Shown: positions 39,811 through 49,991, counted from the first letter of the stretch. The stretch is 64,000 bases of DNA from an uncultured Leptospirales bacterium (GCA_964529415.1 CAZGWD010000013.1:29466-93465); one strand, 5' to 3'. A program made the numbers and translations. Notes: generated from the sequence alone by a model not told the origin.

Positions 39811-40989
39811 ATGGATGCTTTGTTTTCAGACAGAATTTCAGATGTGCCTAAATCATTTATCCGGGAAATTCTTAAAGTGACTCTTGAAAAAGATGTCATC
39901 TCCTTTGCAGGCGGCCTTCCCAACCGTGAACTTTTTCCTGTAGAAAACCTGCGTAAAGCTACAGATAATGTTTATGCAAAAGCCGGCAGAGACGCCCTTC
40001 AATACAGCAATACTGAAGGTTATTTGGAACTCAGAAAATATATTTCAGATAAATATAAAAAACGCGGTATTGTAATTCCTGTGGAAAATATTATTATTAC
40101 TGCAGGTTCGCAGCAGGGCCTTGACCTTCTCGGAAAAGTTTTTATTAATGAAGGTGATGATATTATAATTGAGGAACCCGGGTATCTGGGTGCTATACAG
40201 GCTTTTTCAGTTTACAGAGCTTCATTTAATACTGTAAAAATTCAAAGTGACGGTCCGGACACTGATGAACTGGAAAAAATATTTTTAACCAGACAGCCCA
40301 AGCTGATCTATACAGTTCCGAATTTTCAGAATCCATCCGGATTAAGCTACTCTCCTGAAAAAAGAAAAAAAGTTTCCGAAATATTAAAAGGGAAAAAAAT
40401 ATTTCTTGTTGAAGATGATCCCTATGGTGAACTTCGTTTCTCAGGTGAGGAATCGCCCAGTTTCAAATCATTTTTACCTGACCAGACTATCCTGCTCGGA
40501 TCATTCTCAAAAACAGTTGTGCCTGGTTTCCGTCTCGGATGGATGGCAGTACCGCCGTCAATACTTGATAAAATTATTGTGGCCAAGCAGGCATCGGATC
40601 TTCATACCAACAATTTCTGCCAGAGAATTGTTTATGAATATATAACCGGATTTGATATTGAAAGCCACATCAGAAATATAGTTTCTGTGTACGGGAAGCA
40701 GCGCGATGCAATGATCCGGAGCATTGATGAATTTTTTCCTGATGGAGTAAAGCATACAGTGCCGGATGGCGGAATGTTTTTATGGGCTGAACTTCCTGAT
40801 AATATATCTTCAATGAAGCTTTTTGATATTGCAATCGGGAGGAAAGTTGCATTTGTTCCCGGAGATCCGTTTTATGTAAACAAAACAGGACCAATCAGCA
40901 CCTTGAGACTTAACTTCACATGCTCTGATGAAGAACAGATAAGAGAAGGAATAAAGCGTCTTGGTGAATCTATATCTGAATTATTATAA
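39811..40989 (+). CDS. PLP-dependent aminotransferase, class I/II
   Basis: Fold-type I aminotransferase with the PLP-lysine region SFSKTVVPGFRLGWMAVP and FLVEDDPYGEL. Confidence 0.85.
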   Translation: MDALFSDRISDVPKSFIREILKVTLEKDVISFAGGLPNRELFPVENLRKATDNVYAKAGRDALQYSNTEGYLELRKYISDKYKKRGIVIPVENIIITAGSQQGLDLLGKVFINEGDDIIIEEPGYLGAIQAFSVYRASFNTVKIQSDGPDTDELEKIFLTRQPKLIYTVPNFQNPSGLSYSPEKRKKVSEILKGKKIFLVEDDPYGELRFSGEESPSFKSFLPDQTILLGSFSKTVVPGFRLGWMAVPPSILDKIIVAKQASDLHTNNFCQRIVYEYITGFDIESHIRNIVSVYGKQRDAMIRSIDEFFPDGVKHTVPDGGMFLWAELPDNISSMKLFDIAIGRKVAFVPGDPFYVNKTGPISTLRLNFTCSDEEQIREGIKRLGESISELL

Positions 40990-41308
40990 TTTTAAAGTGA
41001 TAATTAGTGCTTTATCATTGCGTTCGAATCGATTTGAAGAGCCTTATTATGTTACATTCTGGAAAAAATCTTAGAAATATTTTTATGGTAAATAAAACTT
41101 TACAACCTGTCTTAAATGTCTATAGTATAATTTATTAATATTTCAAAATATATTATTCAAAGTTCAAATGCATCCCTTCATTTACTTCCGGCTGAAAATA
41201 TAATTTAATCTTTTGATTAATACTTGACTTTAATTAAAGCAATGAGCATAAATTAGTTCATTCTTATTTTAGCAAACAGAACTATTATCAGAGCATCGGA
41301 GGTTAAGA

Positions 41309-41680
41309 ATGAAATTCCTGATTATTGACGATTCAATGGTTATACGTTCTATACATAAAAATGTGCTGAAAGACAACAACATCAATGATGCTGATATTTT
41401 TGAAGCTGAAAACGGTAATACTGCAATTGAAATCGCCCAGAAGGAGGATATAGGACTCTTCCTTGTTGACTGGAACATGCCTGGGCTAAACGGCCTGGAA
41501 TTCGTTAAAAGAGTAAGATCATGGCCGAAATATGCAGAAACTCCAATCATAATGGTCACATCAGAGGCAGCCAAGTATAATGTCATGGAAGCCATAGATG
41601 CAGGTGCCACCAACTACATTGTCAAGCCGATTCACGGCGATTTGCTGTGGAGTAAAATATCCAGATATGTTGTATCATAA
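41309..41680 (+). CDS. cheY: CheY-like single-domain response regulator
   Basis: MKFLIIDDS...LFLVDWNMPGLNGLEF...YIVKPI with all receiver hallmarks in 123 aa. Confidence 0.85.
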   Translation: MKFLIIDDSMVIRSIHKNVLKDNNINDADIFEAENGNTAIEIAQKEDIGLFLVDWNMPGLNGLEFVKRVRSWPKYAETPIIMVTSEAAKYNVMEAIDAGATNYIVKPIHGDLLWSKISRYVVS

Positions 41681-41695
41681 CCTGAGGAGCAGACT

Positions 41696-42154
41696 ATGAA
41701 AGCTGAATATATAAACCCTTTTCTTGAAGCATCAATAAATCTTTTCAGAGAGCATTTAAAGTTTGATATTAAAAATACTACCCCGTATATCAACCAGGAT
41801 TCACAGAATCTTAATGAGGTATCTGCCATAATAGGCCTTGCCGGCGATATAGCCGGTGCTGTTGTTCTCAGCTTTACGCGTGAAACCGCGATCGCAATGG
41901 CATCCCGTTTCAGCGGCCAGACGTATCATGCTCTGAGCAAGGAGGTTATTGATGCAGTTGGTGAGCTTGTGAACATCATTGCAGGCAATGCAAAGAAAGA
42001 CCTGCTTGGATTCCGTATTGAAATATCCCTTCCCGGAGTTATCACAGGAAATACATATAAAATCAACTGGCCTCATGGAGTACCGGTTATTACAATTCCA
42101 TTTGAGTCGGATGCCGGAATTTTTTCAGTTAACGTTTCATTTAAGCAGCGATGA
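41696..42154 (+). CDS. cheX: CheX/CheC-family chemotaxis phosphatase-like protein
   Basis: INPFLEASINLFREHL N-terminus and GDIAGAVVLSF...ELVNIIAGNAK, typical of CheX. It starts 16 nt after cheY. Confidence 0.7.
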   Translation: MKAEYINPFLEASINLFREHLKFDIKNTTPYINQDSQNLNEVSAIIGLAGDIAGAVVLSFTRETAIAMASRFSGQTYHALSKEVIDAVGELVNIIAGNAKKDLLGFRIEISLPGVITGNTYKINWPHGVPVITIPFESDAGIFSVNVSFKQR

Positions 42155-44196
42155 GCACCCGAAGTCAGCTCCCGAGACTCAAGTTCATTCATGTTGCAAA
42201 GGGATTTCCCCGCGACCTTGAAAAAGATTATTATGAGGATTTTTTCCGTACATCCCTGCTGATCGTCCGTGTAGCTCTTATCCTCGGCATTGCCCTTTAT
42301 TCTCTTTTCGGCATTCTCGATATCTGGGTTGTTCCCCTGAATAAAAAAGCAGTATGGATTATCAGGTATGCGGTGGTATGTCCTATGCTGGGTGCAGCAT
42401 TGCTTCTGACCTATTTCGATATTTTTAAAAAGTACATGCAGGTCACTCTGTCTGCAGTCGGTTTTTTATCCGGATTCGGTATTGTGCTCATGATCGGATT
42501 TACTGCAGAAACGGAGCTCGGTTTTAAATTTTATTATGCAGGTCTGATGCTTGTTCTCATGTGGATATACGCACTTGTACGGCTCAGGTTTATTTATGCC
42601 ACGCTAATAAGCTGGGCAATTACTGTTTCCTATGAAATTGTAGCACTCGGTATTAATAAACTCCTCAGCACTCCTGATAATGTCACGGTCTTTATCAACA
42701 ATAACTTTTTTTTCATATCAGCCAACATAATAGGCATGTTTGCAAGCTTTACTATTGAATGGTATATGAGGAAGAATTATCTTCTGAGAATGGAAATCGA
42801 GAGATCGTATAATCTCAATAGAAAATATCTTGAAAACATCAGAGAAGGTCTTCTTCTCATAGATGACAGCTACACTATTCTTAATCAGTATTCTTCTTAT
42901 CTTCCCGTAATGTTCAGCAAAAATGAAATTGAGGGAATGAACTTTATTGATCTGGTAATGCCGGACCCGGAAAACATGAAACAGGAGAGAGCTGATCTCG
43001 AAAGATTTTTAAATTTTCTTTTTCATAATAAATCTGCAGATATTGACATGATCATGGATCTTAATCCGTTTGTAAACAGGCAGATCTATGTCAGTAACGG
43101 ATCCGTTGTAAAAGAACTTATCATCAATGCAGATTTTATCCGGATTCAGGATAGGGGCAGTGTAGAATTCGTCATGGCAATATTCCAGGACATGACTGAT
43201 ATAATGAAATTTGAAAAGCAGCTGGATGATCAGAAATCAAAACACCTGCAGGAAGTCGAAACAGTCACTGCAATACTCAGGTCCGGGCCGAAACTGTTCA
43301 GCGATTTTCTTAAAGAATCAGGAGAGATTCTTGATGATATCAGATCAAAAAGCAGCGACCTCGGCAGTTCAGAAACGCTTAATCATGTTTTCAGAGAGGC
43401 GCATTCACTAAAAGGTTCGGCAAAACATCTGGAGCTGAATCATATTTCTTCTACAGCGCATGCAATTGAAGATTTAATGGCGGAAATAAGAGACAGCTCC
43501 GGTTCCAACATAGCAGGGAAAAAATCTGAAATTGACAGGCTTATATCAGATCTCTTTAAAAACTTTGATGAACTAGGAACACTCATTGAAAAAATTTCCA
43601 TGTTCTCTAATCTCGGAAAAAGCAGAGCTGCTGAAAGTACGGAAAATCCGCTTAACGATTTTATTACATCCCTATATACGATGGTAAATAATCTTGCAAA
43701 AGAACTTGATAAAGATGTTCATCTGGTTATTGACAACAAGCTTACGGATGTTCCGTTTCTTGCTAAATTAAAAAATCCTATTATACATCTTATCCGGAAT
43801 TCTCTGGATCACGGGATTGAAGATAAATTTGAGAGACTGACATCAGGAAAAAATCAGACAGGAATAGTTTCAATATCTTTAAATGAAGATGCAGAGAAAT
43901 ATTATATTGAAATTTCTGATGACGGAGCAGGAATTGATTTTGATGCTGTGCGGAAGAAGGCTGAATTATTAGGCTTGCTGCCTTCCGGAGAAAAACCTGA
44001 AAAATCAGCACTTGTGAAGCTTTTATTCACTCCGAGTTTCAGTTCAAAAAACAAGGTAACTGAAATTTCAGGAAGGGGATACGGCCTGGATATTGTCAAG
44101 GTTGCAGTTGAAAGCCTTGGCGGGCAGATATCTGTTAAATCTGCCAGGGGTAAAGGTTCCAGGCTGATTATTTCTGTACCGAAAAATAATAGTTGA
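42151..44196 (+). CDS. membrane-bound CheA-like histidine kinase (6-TM sensor + Hpt + CheA-type HATPase; no CheW/P5 domain)
   Basis: Six N-terminal TM helices. The Hpt motif is FREAHSLKGSAKHLE. The CheA-P4-like ATPase has IHLIRNSLDHGIE, ISDDGAGID and GRGYGLDIV. The protein ends right after the ATPase. It overlaps the cheX stop (ATGA). Confidence 0.7.
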   Translation: MSTRSQLPRLKFIHVAKGFPRDLEKDYYEDFFRTSLLIVRVALILGIALYSLFGILDIWVVPLNKKAVWIIRYAVVCPMLGAALLLTYFDIFKKYMQVTLSAVGFLSGFGIVLMIGFTAETELGFKFYYAGLMLVLMWIYALVRLRFIYATLISWAITVSYEIVALGINKLLSTPDNVTVFINNNFFFISANIIGMFASFTIEWYMRKNYLLRMEIERSYNLNRKYLENIREGLLLIDDSYTILNQYSSYLPVMFSKNEIEGMNFIDLVMPDPENMKQERADLERFLNFLFHNKSADIDMIMDLNPFVNRQIYVSNGSVVKELIINADFIRIQDRGSVEFVMAIFQDMTDIMKFEKQLDDQKSKHLQEVETVTAILRSGPKLFSDFLKESGEILDDIRSKSSDLGSSETLNHVFREAHSLKGSAKHLELNHISSTAHAIEDLMAEIRDSSGSNIAGKKSEIDRLISDLFKNFDELGTLIEKISMFSNLGKSRAAESTENPLNDFITSLYTMVNNLAKELDKDVHLVIDNKLTDVPFLAKLKNPIIHLIRNSLDHGIEDKFERLTSGKNQTGIVSISLNEDAEKYYIEISDDGAGIDFDAVRKKAELLGLLPSGEKPEKSALVKLLFTPSFSSKNKVTEISGRGYGLDIVKVAVESLGGQISVKSARGKGSRLIISVPKNNS

Positions 44197-44221
44197 TAAA
44201 ACTATAAAAGGCAGTGAGTGC

Positions 44222-45664
44222 ATGACTATAAATGAAGAAAAAATTACAAGTCAGATAATGAAAAATTCGATCAGGTTTTCAGGTGAACTTGAAACGCTTT
44301 TTCATGAGGATTATTTTCTTAAATCTCTCGGCTCTGTAAGAAAGGCTCTTCTGCTTGCTTTTATTCTCTACGCATCTTTTGGTTTTCTCGATCTGATGAT
44401 TACGCCGCTTAGCAGCAGTCACACCTGGATTATCCGTTATGCAATTGTATGTCCTGTAATACTTGCTGCATATATAATGACTTATTTTGAAATATATGCC
44501 AGAATATCCCAGTATGTAATAAGCGCAGTTGCTCTAACTGCAGGATTCGGTATTCTCGGAATGATTTTTTTCGCTGTAGAAAAAGAAGGCAAACTGTATT
44601 ACTACGCAGGCCTGATCCTCGTAATAATGTGGAGCTATACGCTTGTCCGCATGAGATTCAGATATTCCACAATCACAAGCTGGACCATAGTTGCAGGTTA
44701 CGAATTGATGACTGTAGTTCTGCAGAATCTTGTTTCAACGCCGGATCTATACCCGAGTTTTATTAACAATAATTTCTTTTTTATTTCATCAAATATTATT
44801 GGAATGATGGCAGGTTATTACATTGAACTTTTCAGCAGAAAGGATTTTCTACAGCGCCTCCTGATTGCTGAAAAGCAGATAAAACTGACAGATGAAAGAA
44901 ACGAACTGAGTTCAAGAATGAATATGATGAACAAAGAACTTAATATGACCAGGATAATTCAGGAGCAGCTTATTCCGCTTGAACATCCGGGGGATTTTAT
45001 ATTTTCACTGTATAAGCCGATGGAGGCAGTTGGAGGAGATTTTTTCGATTTTATAAAATTCAGGGAACCTGACATAATTGGAATTTTCCTGAGCGATGTT
45101 TCAGGACATGGCGTACCTTCTGCTCTCATTACATCTATGGTGAAGGTTACTCTTCTTGAATCCAACAGATACAAGGATGATCCTGCAAAAATTCTGGCGC
45201 ATCTTAATGATCTTCTGGTGGGAATAAGCGGAGGGCATTTTATAACAGCATTTTACGGAGTTTTCGATATGAAGGAAAAAACTCTGGTTTATTCAAATGC
45301 AGGCCATTATCCGCCAATGCTGATTAGCGGAGGTGAGATATTGAATCTTGATAAGGCGTCAACTCTTCCCCTGGCAGTTTTATCCAATGATGAATTAACA
45401 AGCGGCAGTCAGATGTTTGAAAATGCCAGAGTAAAACTTCCGGATCAAGGGAAACTCTTTCTGTTTACAGACGGGCTTGTTGAGGCGAAAAATATTTTTA
45501 ATCCCCAGAATGATTTTTCGAGCATTCTTGACGGGATTTTACTTAAAAATATAGATCTTCCGGCAAAAGAGTTCATCAACGAGCTGTATAAAGAGCTAAT
45601 TTTATATAGAGGCTCTGAAAATTTTAATGATGATATCTGCATGATTGCTCTTGATCTGAACTGA
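44222..45664 (+). CDS. SiaA-like membrane PP2C (SpoIIE-type) phosphatase with the shared 6-TM sensor domain
   Basis: The N-terminal TM domain is paralogous to 42151 (IIRYAIVCP, YYAGLILVIMWSYTLVRMRF, FINNNFFFISSNIIGM). The C-terminal PP2C has LSDVSGHGVPSALIT and LFTDGLVEA. Confidence 0.7.
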   Translation: MTINEEKITSQIMKNSIRFSGELETLFHEDYFLKSLGSVRKALLLAFILYASFGFLDLMITPLSSSHTWIIRYAIVCPVILAAYIMTYFEIYARISQYVISAVALTAGFGILGMIFFAVEKEGKLYYYAGLILVIMWSYTLVRMRFRYSTITSWTIVAGYELMTVVLQNLVSTPDLYPSFINNNFFFISSNIIGMMAGYYIELFSRKDFLQRLLIAEKQIKLTDERNELSSRMNMMNKELNMTRIIQEQLIPLEHPGDFIFSLYKPMEAVGGDFFDFIKFREPDIIGIFLSDVSGHGVPSALITSMVKVTLLESNRYKDDPAKILAHLNDLLVGISGGHFITAFYGVFDMKEKTLVYSNAGHYPPMLISGGEILNLDKASTLPLAVLSNDELTSGSQMFENARVKLPDQGKLFLFTDGLVEAKNIFNPQNDFSSILDGILLKNIDLPAKEFINELYKELILYRGSENFNDDICMIALDLN

Positions 45665-45790
45665 CATCTGCCCCCGGGAAACAGGATTAAAATTCAATTT
45701 TTAACCAATTTACCCATGCAAAAATGAAATATGATTGAAATTTAATCCCCGATTAATTATATTATACAAGTTGCATCAGATATTTATTCG

Positions 45791-46288
45791 ATGGAGTCAT
45801 TCATGTCTGTAAAATTACAGAAACATATTACCTCGCATTGGGATGAAATTGAACAGGCCAGGGAAGACACACGGATTTTCATGAAATCGAATGACTATAC
45901 AGAAGATATTACTGATGCAATTATTATGGTAATCAGCGAACTTCTTGAAAATGCCGTCAAGTATGGTGTATTTACCTCATCTAATGAAGGCATAGATTAT
46001 TCAATTGAAGTGCACAAAGAAGCTATAATAGTAGAAGTGATTAACCCCTATGATACAGTTGCCCTGAATAATTTCAAGAGAATGGATAAAATAATACAAT
46101 GGATCCGCGGTTATCAGAATCCATTTCAGGCCTATATTGAAAAGCTGAAAGAAATTTCAGGAAGATCGCTTGAAGACAGGGAGAGCGGACTTGGGCTGGT
46201 GCGGATAGCATATCAGGGCCGGTCAATTGTTGATTTTTATCTAAGAAATGACAACAGGATATCCGTATCTGCAGTTTATCAGATATGA
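45791..46288 (+). CDS. SiaB/RsbW-like GHKL serine-protein kinase
   Basis: N-box ISELLENAVKYG and G-box ESGLGLVRIA. The ~165-aa size is typical of anti-sigma-type kinases. Confidence 0.55.
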   Translation: MESFMSVKLQKHITSHWDEIEQAREDTRIFMKSNDYTEDITDAIIMVISELLENAVKYGVFTSSNEGIDYSIEVHKEAIIVEVINPYDTVALNNFKRMDKIIQWIRGYQNPFQAYIEKLKEISGRSLEDRESGLGLVRIAYQGRSIVDFYLRNDNRISVSAVYQI

Positions 46289-46309
46289 TTTTAGTTAAAG
46301 GATTATAAT

Positions 46310-46669
46310 ATGAAAACCCATGCCAGCGATCTGCTGAAAATTGAAATTGACGAAAGCAAAGACAGCATTTTGATAAAATGGCTTGGAAAAAGTACGGCAC
46401 GCGATCCCGGGGATTTTATTATTCCAATACTCACTGATGAACTTAAAAAAGCCGGAGGTGATATCCACGTAATACTTGATTTCTGTGATCTTGAATACAT
46501 GAATTCATCTACAATGACTCCTATATCAAAAATTCTCGAGAATGCCAGATCCGGAAAATCCCGTGTATCAATTCATTACAGTAAATCGGTAAACTGGCAG
46601 GAGCTGAATTTTTCAGCTTTGAAAATATTTGAAACCAAAGACAAACGCATTGAGATATCCGGTAGATAA
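46310..46669 (+). CDS. SiaC-like (DUF1987-like) partner-switch target protein
   Basis: 119-aa protein. ILDFCDLEYMNSSTMTPISKILE resembles the SiaC phospho-site region as I recall it (…LDLRLLYLNTSSIKAMMDILD…). Gene order matches siaA-siaB-siaC. Confidence 0.5.
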   Translation: MKTHASDLLKIEIDESKDSILIKWLGKSTARDPGDFIIPILTDELKKAGGDIHVILDFCDLEYMNSSTMTPISKILENARSGKSRVSIHYSKSVNWQELNFSALKIFETKDKRIEISGR

Positions 46670-46671
46670 AA

Positions 46672-48060
46672 ATGACAGCAAAAGAAATATATGATGGCGT
46701 TTTACTCACTGATAACGGAAATATACAGGTTAAAATAAAATATATATCCAGAGTGACCGTTTCTGTGGATTTTCCTGATGACAAAAAGTTTCTGCACGGT
46801 GATGAATTCAATGGACTCATACTTTCATTAGGAATCGATTTTCATGAATTCGGTAGATGCAGGTACATTGTATCAGAGGGAAAAGGAAAATCATCCGGCA
46901 GGCTTGTTTTTCTAAATGATATTTATGATTTCAACTGCCTTTTTTTTGAAAAAAAAATTGTTTCACTCGACAGTTTTCATAATAATCTGGCGCTTATTTT
47001 TTCACAGAGGGATAATCTCAATGAGTCATTTGTAAAATATGTTGCTGACCTTACCTTTGATCTGAAAGTTTACCGTCATTTTTTTAACGATATCGATGCA
47101 AAATATTTTAATGAGGATGAAAATACAAAATCCATTCTTTTCAATGTGGTTCTTGAAAAGGAAGGCAGGAAATTCCTTGATTTTCTTGATGAAAAACTTA
47201 AGGATCTGGAACGTGTAATTGCAGATTTCACCAGAGAGGATCACAGGCTTCACGGATTTTATCTGAGGAAGCAACTGTGGGATGTTATCGAGTGTTCTGA
47301 ATTCATGCTGCACTGCAATCTAAGACCAAGAGGATACGCCGGCGACTCGGAATTGATGAGGATGATATATGAAAATGATTACAGGGGCGATTCAACATTC
47401 TCTAAAATTTTTTATAAGTATTCGCTGGATCATCCCGGAGCAGTAGCTGTCAGAAACAGAAAAATACTGATACCTGAATATCTCAAATCAGTGGCAGGCA
47501 GCAGCAATTTTAAAGGCGGGATCTGTAAATTCATGTCAGTTGCTTGCGGCCCTGCGTATGAGCTGACAGATATTTTTATCAATTCAGATGATATAAAAAA
47601 ATATAATTGCACGCTGCTTGATCAGGACTCTGAAGCGCTTAAAGAAGCTGAAGATAATATCAGAAATATTGAAAAGAAACTCGGAAGTACAATACAAGTC
47701 AAGTATCTTGAGGATTCTGTCCGTACCATGCTTAGAACTCCGGACCTGTCAGCGCAATGGGGGCGTTTTAATTTTATATATTCCATGGGGCTTTTTGACT
47801 ATCTTGCTCCTACTGTTGCAAAAGCTGTAATAGAAAAAATTTATGATCTTCTCGAGCCGGGCGGGCAGCTTCTCATCGGAAATTATCATCTCCTGAATAA
47901 AAGCAAGTGGTTCATGGAATACTGGCATGACTGGGTGCTTTATTACCGCTCGGAGGATGAATTCAAAGCGATTTTGAAAGATACCAATGCAGTTGATATC
48001 GCTATACGCATAGACGACTCGGGCAGCCAGATGTTTTTAAGTGCGAAAAAACCGGAATGA
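46672..48060 (+). CDS. protein with C-terminal class I SAM-dependent methyltransferase-like domain (N-terminal ~270 aa unknown)
   Basis: Motif I FMSVACGPAYELTDIF, the acidic motif II LLDQD, IYSMGLFDYL, and the LLEPGGQLLIGNY motif. It starts 2 nt after the SiaC-like gene. Confidence 0.5.
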   Translation: MTAKEIYDGVLLTDNGNIQVKIKYISRVTVSVDFPDDKKFLHGDEFNGLILSLGIDFHEFGRCRYIVSEGKGKSSGRLVFLNDIYDFNCLFFEKKIVSLDSFHNNLALIFSQRDNLNESFVKYVADLTFDLKVYRHFFNDIDAKYFNEDENTKSILFNVVLEKEGRKFLDFLDEKLKDLERVIADFTREDHRLHGFYLRKQLWDVIECSEFMLHCNLRPRGYAGDSELMRMIYENDYRGDSTFSKIFYKYSLDHPGAVAVRNRKILIPEYLKSVAGSSNFKGGICKFMSVACGPAYELTDIFINSDDIKKYNCTLLDQDSEALKEAEDNIRNIEKKLGSTIQVKYLEDSVRTMLRTPDLSAQWGRFNFIYSMGLFDYLAPTVAKAVIEKIYDLLEPGGQLLIGNYHLLNKSKWFMEYWHDWVLYYRSEDEFKAILKDTNAVDIAIRIDDSGSQMFLSAKKPE

Positions 48061-48097
48061 ATTACCTGACAGGACATTTAAAACGGCAGGCGGAATA

Positions 48098-49450
48098 ATG
48101 GCTGATAGCAGCAATATCGATCCGGAAAAAAAATTTTATAACAGCAATGATTTTAATGAATACCTTATAGGGATTATTCATGACTGGTCAAAAACTCTGA
48201 CTACTCTTGCCTATACGCTTGTTCCTCTTTTTTTTATACTCGATTATTTTACTATGCCCCGGGAGCTGCTTCCCCGCTTCGCGTTCTACCGGGTTATTGC
48301 AACCATTATTGCGCTGATCCAGTATATTGTAGTTAAAAATACAAAACCCAGTAAAATTTCATACGTTCACGGTTATCTTGTTTCATTGATTCTCGGCGGT
48401 GTAATTGCACTAATGACTGTTGATCTCGGAGGATTCAGTTCCGGCTATTATGCTGGACTAAATCTTGTTATAATAGGTGTGAATATTCTTCTTCCATGGG
48501 AGACTTACCATTCCGCCATCAACGGACTCATGACTATACTGATGTATGTTGTTCTTAATGTGGTTTTTGGCGGGAATTTTAATGCAAATGATTTAACCAG
48601 CAATCTTTTTTTTATGAACGCGACTGTTATAATCTCTGTAAGCATTAATCTTGTACGCAGCAAGCTCATAAAAAGAGAGTTCGCTCTGCGCTCGGAAGTT
48701 CAGAATGCAAGGGACGCCCTGTGGGGAGAAATGGAAGTAGCGAAAAAAATTCAGACATCGCTGCTTCCTAAAAATAAACGAATCGGCAGTTATGAAATGG
48801 CGGCACTTATGGAACCCGCAGCAGAAATTGGTGGCGATTACTACGATGCTGTTGAAACAAATGCAGGTGAAAACTGGGTTATGATAGGAGATGTTTCAGG
48901 TCATGGAGTTGAGTCAGGGCTTATTATGATGATGACACAAACGAGTATATTTTCAATTATCAATGACACCCCGGGACAACGTCCAATGAATGTAATTAAT
49001 AATGTTAATTCTGTTATCCGGAAAAATATTTCCAGACTTGGTTCAAACATGTATATGACCCTCTTTGCTATTAGACTTGAAAATGATTCTGTGATGCTGG
49101 CAGGAAAACATCAGGATATAATAATTTACAGGGCAAAGTCCGGAACAGTTGATGTAATACAGGTTCAGGGTACCTGGATCGGTCTTGCGGATGATATTGC
49201 TCCTTTTCTGAGTGATATAAAAATTGAAATTTTCGAAAACGATATCATGCTTCTTTTTACTGATGGAGTTACAGAAGCCATGAACGATAGTGGAGAAATG
49301 TTTAATCAGGACCGTCTCATTGCTTTATTTAAAATATATTCATCTTTATCTCCTGAAAATATTGTCAGGAATATTGCTGAAGACATAGGTAAATTCCAGA
49401 AAAAACAGTATGATGACATAACACTTATAGCACTGAAAAAAAACTATTAA
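48098..49450 (+). CDS. membrane PP2C (SpoIIE-type) phosphatase, divergent paralog
   Basis: The ORF is listed from 48041, overlapping the previous gene by 20 nt. The ATG at 48098 (MADSSNID) is preferred. There are six TM helices (YYAGLNLVII) and a PP2C with IGDVSGHGVESGLIM and LFTDGVTEA. Confidence 0.65.
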   Translation: MADSSNIDPEKKFYNSNDFNEYLIGIIHDWSKTLTTLAYTLVPLFFILDYFTMPRELLPRFAFYRVIATIIALIQYIVVKNTKPSKISYVHGYLVSLILGGVIALMTVDLGGFSSGYYAGLNLVIIGVNILLPWETYHSAINGLMTILMYVVLNVVFGGNFNANDLTSNLFFMNATVIISVSINLVRSKLIKREFALRSEVQNARDALWGEMEVAKKIQTSLLPKNKRIGSYEMAALMEPAAEIGGDYYDAVETNAGENWVMIGDVSGHGVESGLIMMMTQTSIFSIINDTPGQRPMNVINNVNSVIRKNISRLGSNMYMTLFAIRLENDSVMLAGKHQDIIIYRAKSGTVDVIQVQGTWIGLADDIAPFLSDIKIEIFENDIMLLFTDGVTEAMNDSGEMFNQDRLIALFKIYSSLSPENIVRNIAEDIGKFQKKQYDDITLIALKKNY

Positions 49451-49595
49451 ACCATATTAAAAAATTTTCTTAACAAGCATACAGCATTTTGAAAACAAAG
49501 TTTATTTTATTGTCTGTAAAACAAGTAAGATTCTTGACATATTTTCATGATATGGATAATATAAATAAAATTAAACGGTTATTACAGGAGTTCCA

Positions 49596-49988
49596 GTGAG
49601 TATTGAAGTTGAAATTATAAAAGTTACAGCTGTTTCGATTGATATAATAGATTATAATATACTGATCTTCAAAATCAATCCGGAAAAAAGAATTAATTCG
49701 GATAACTCCAATGAACTTTGGATAATTCTAAATACTCTTATTGACGCCGGAGTTAAGAAGATTCTTGTTGATTTAAAGTTAGTGGAATATATTGACAGTT
49801 CCGGTATCGGCATTTTTATTAATGCGACAAAAAAAGTACGGAAGAAACAGGGGGATCTGGTTCTTGCCAATACATCCAAGGAAATAAAGGAAATTTTTAA
49901 AGTAATCAACCTCCAGAATTTCATTAAAATATATAATACAGATACGGAAGCATCTAATTATTTCAGGCTCTCTTTCCCTTCTGAATAA
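49596..49988 (+). CDS. STAS-domain anti-sigma-factor antagonist (SpoIIAA/RsbV-like)
   Basis: ILVDLKLVEYIDSSGIGIFINATKKVRKKQGDLVLANTSKEIKEIFKVINL is a canonical STAS with the conserved phosphorylatable Ser in DSSG. Confidence 0.75.
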   Translation: MSIEVEIIKVTAVSIDIIDYNILIFKINPEKRINSDNSNELWIILNTLIDAGVKKILVDLKLVEYIDSSGIGIFINATKKVRKKQGDLVLANTSKEIKEIFKVINLQNFIKIYNTDTEASNYFRLSFPSE

Positions 49989-49991
49989 GCC

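Noticed and set aside
46672-47480. PilZ-like or GGDEF domain in the N-terminal half of the methyltransferase-domain protein, by analogy with SiaD
   Set aside because: No GG(D/E)EF motif anywhere, and no RxxxR…D/NxSxxG PilZ signature. The N-terminal region is left unassigned.
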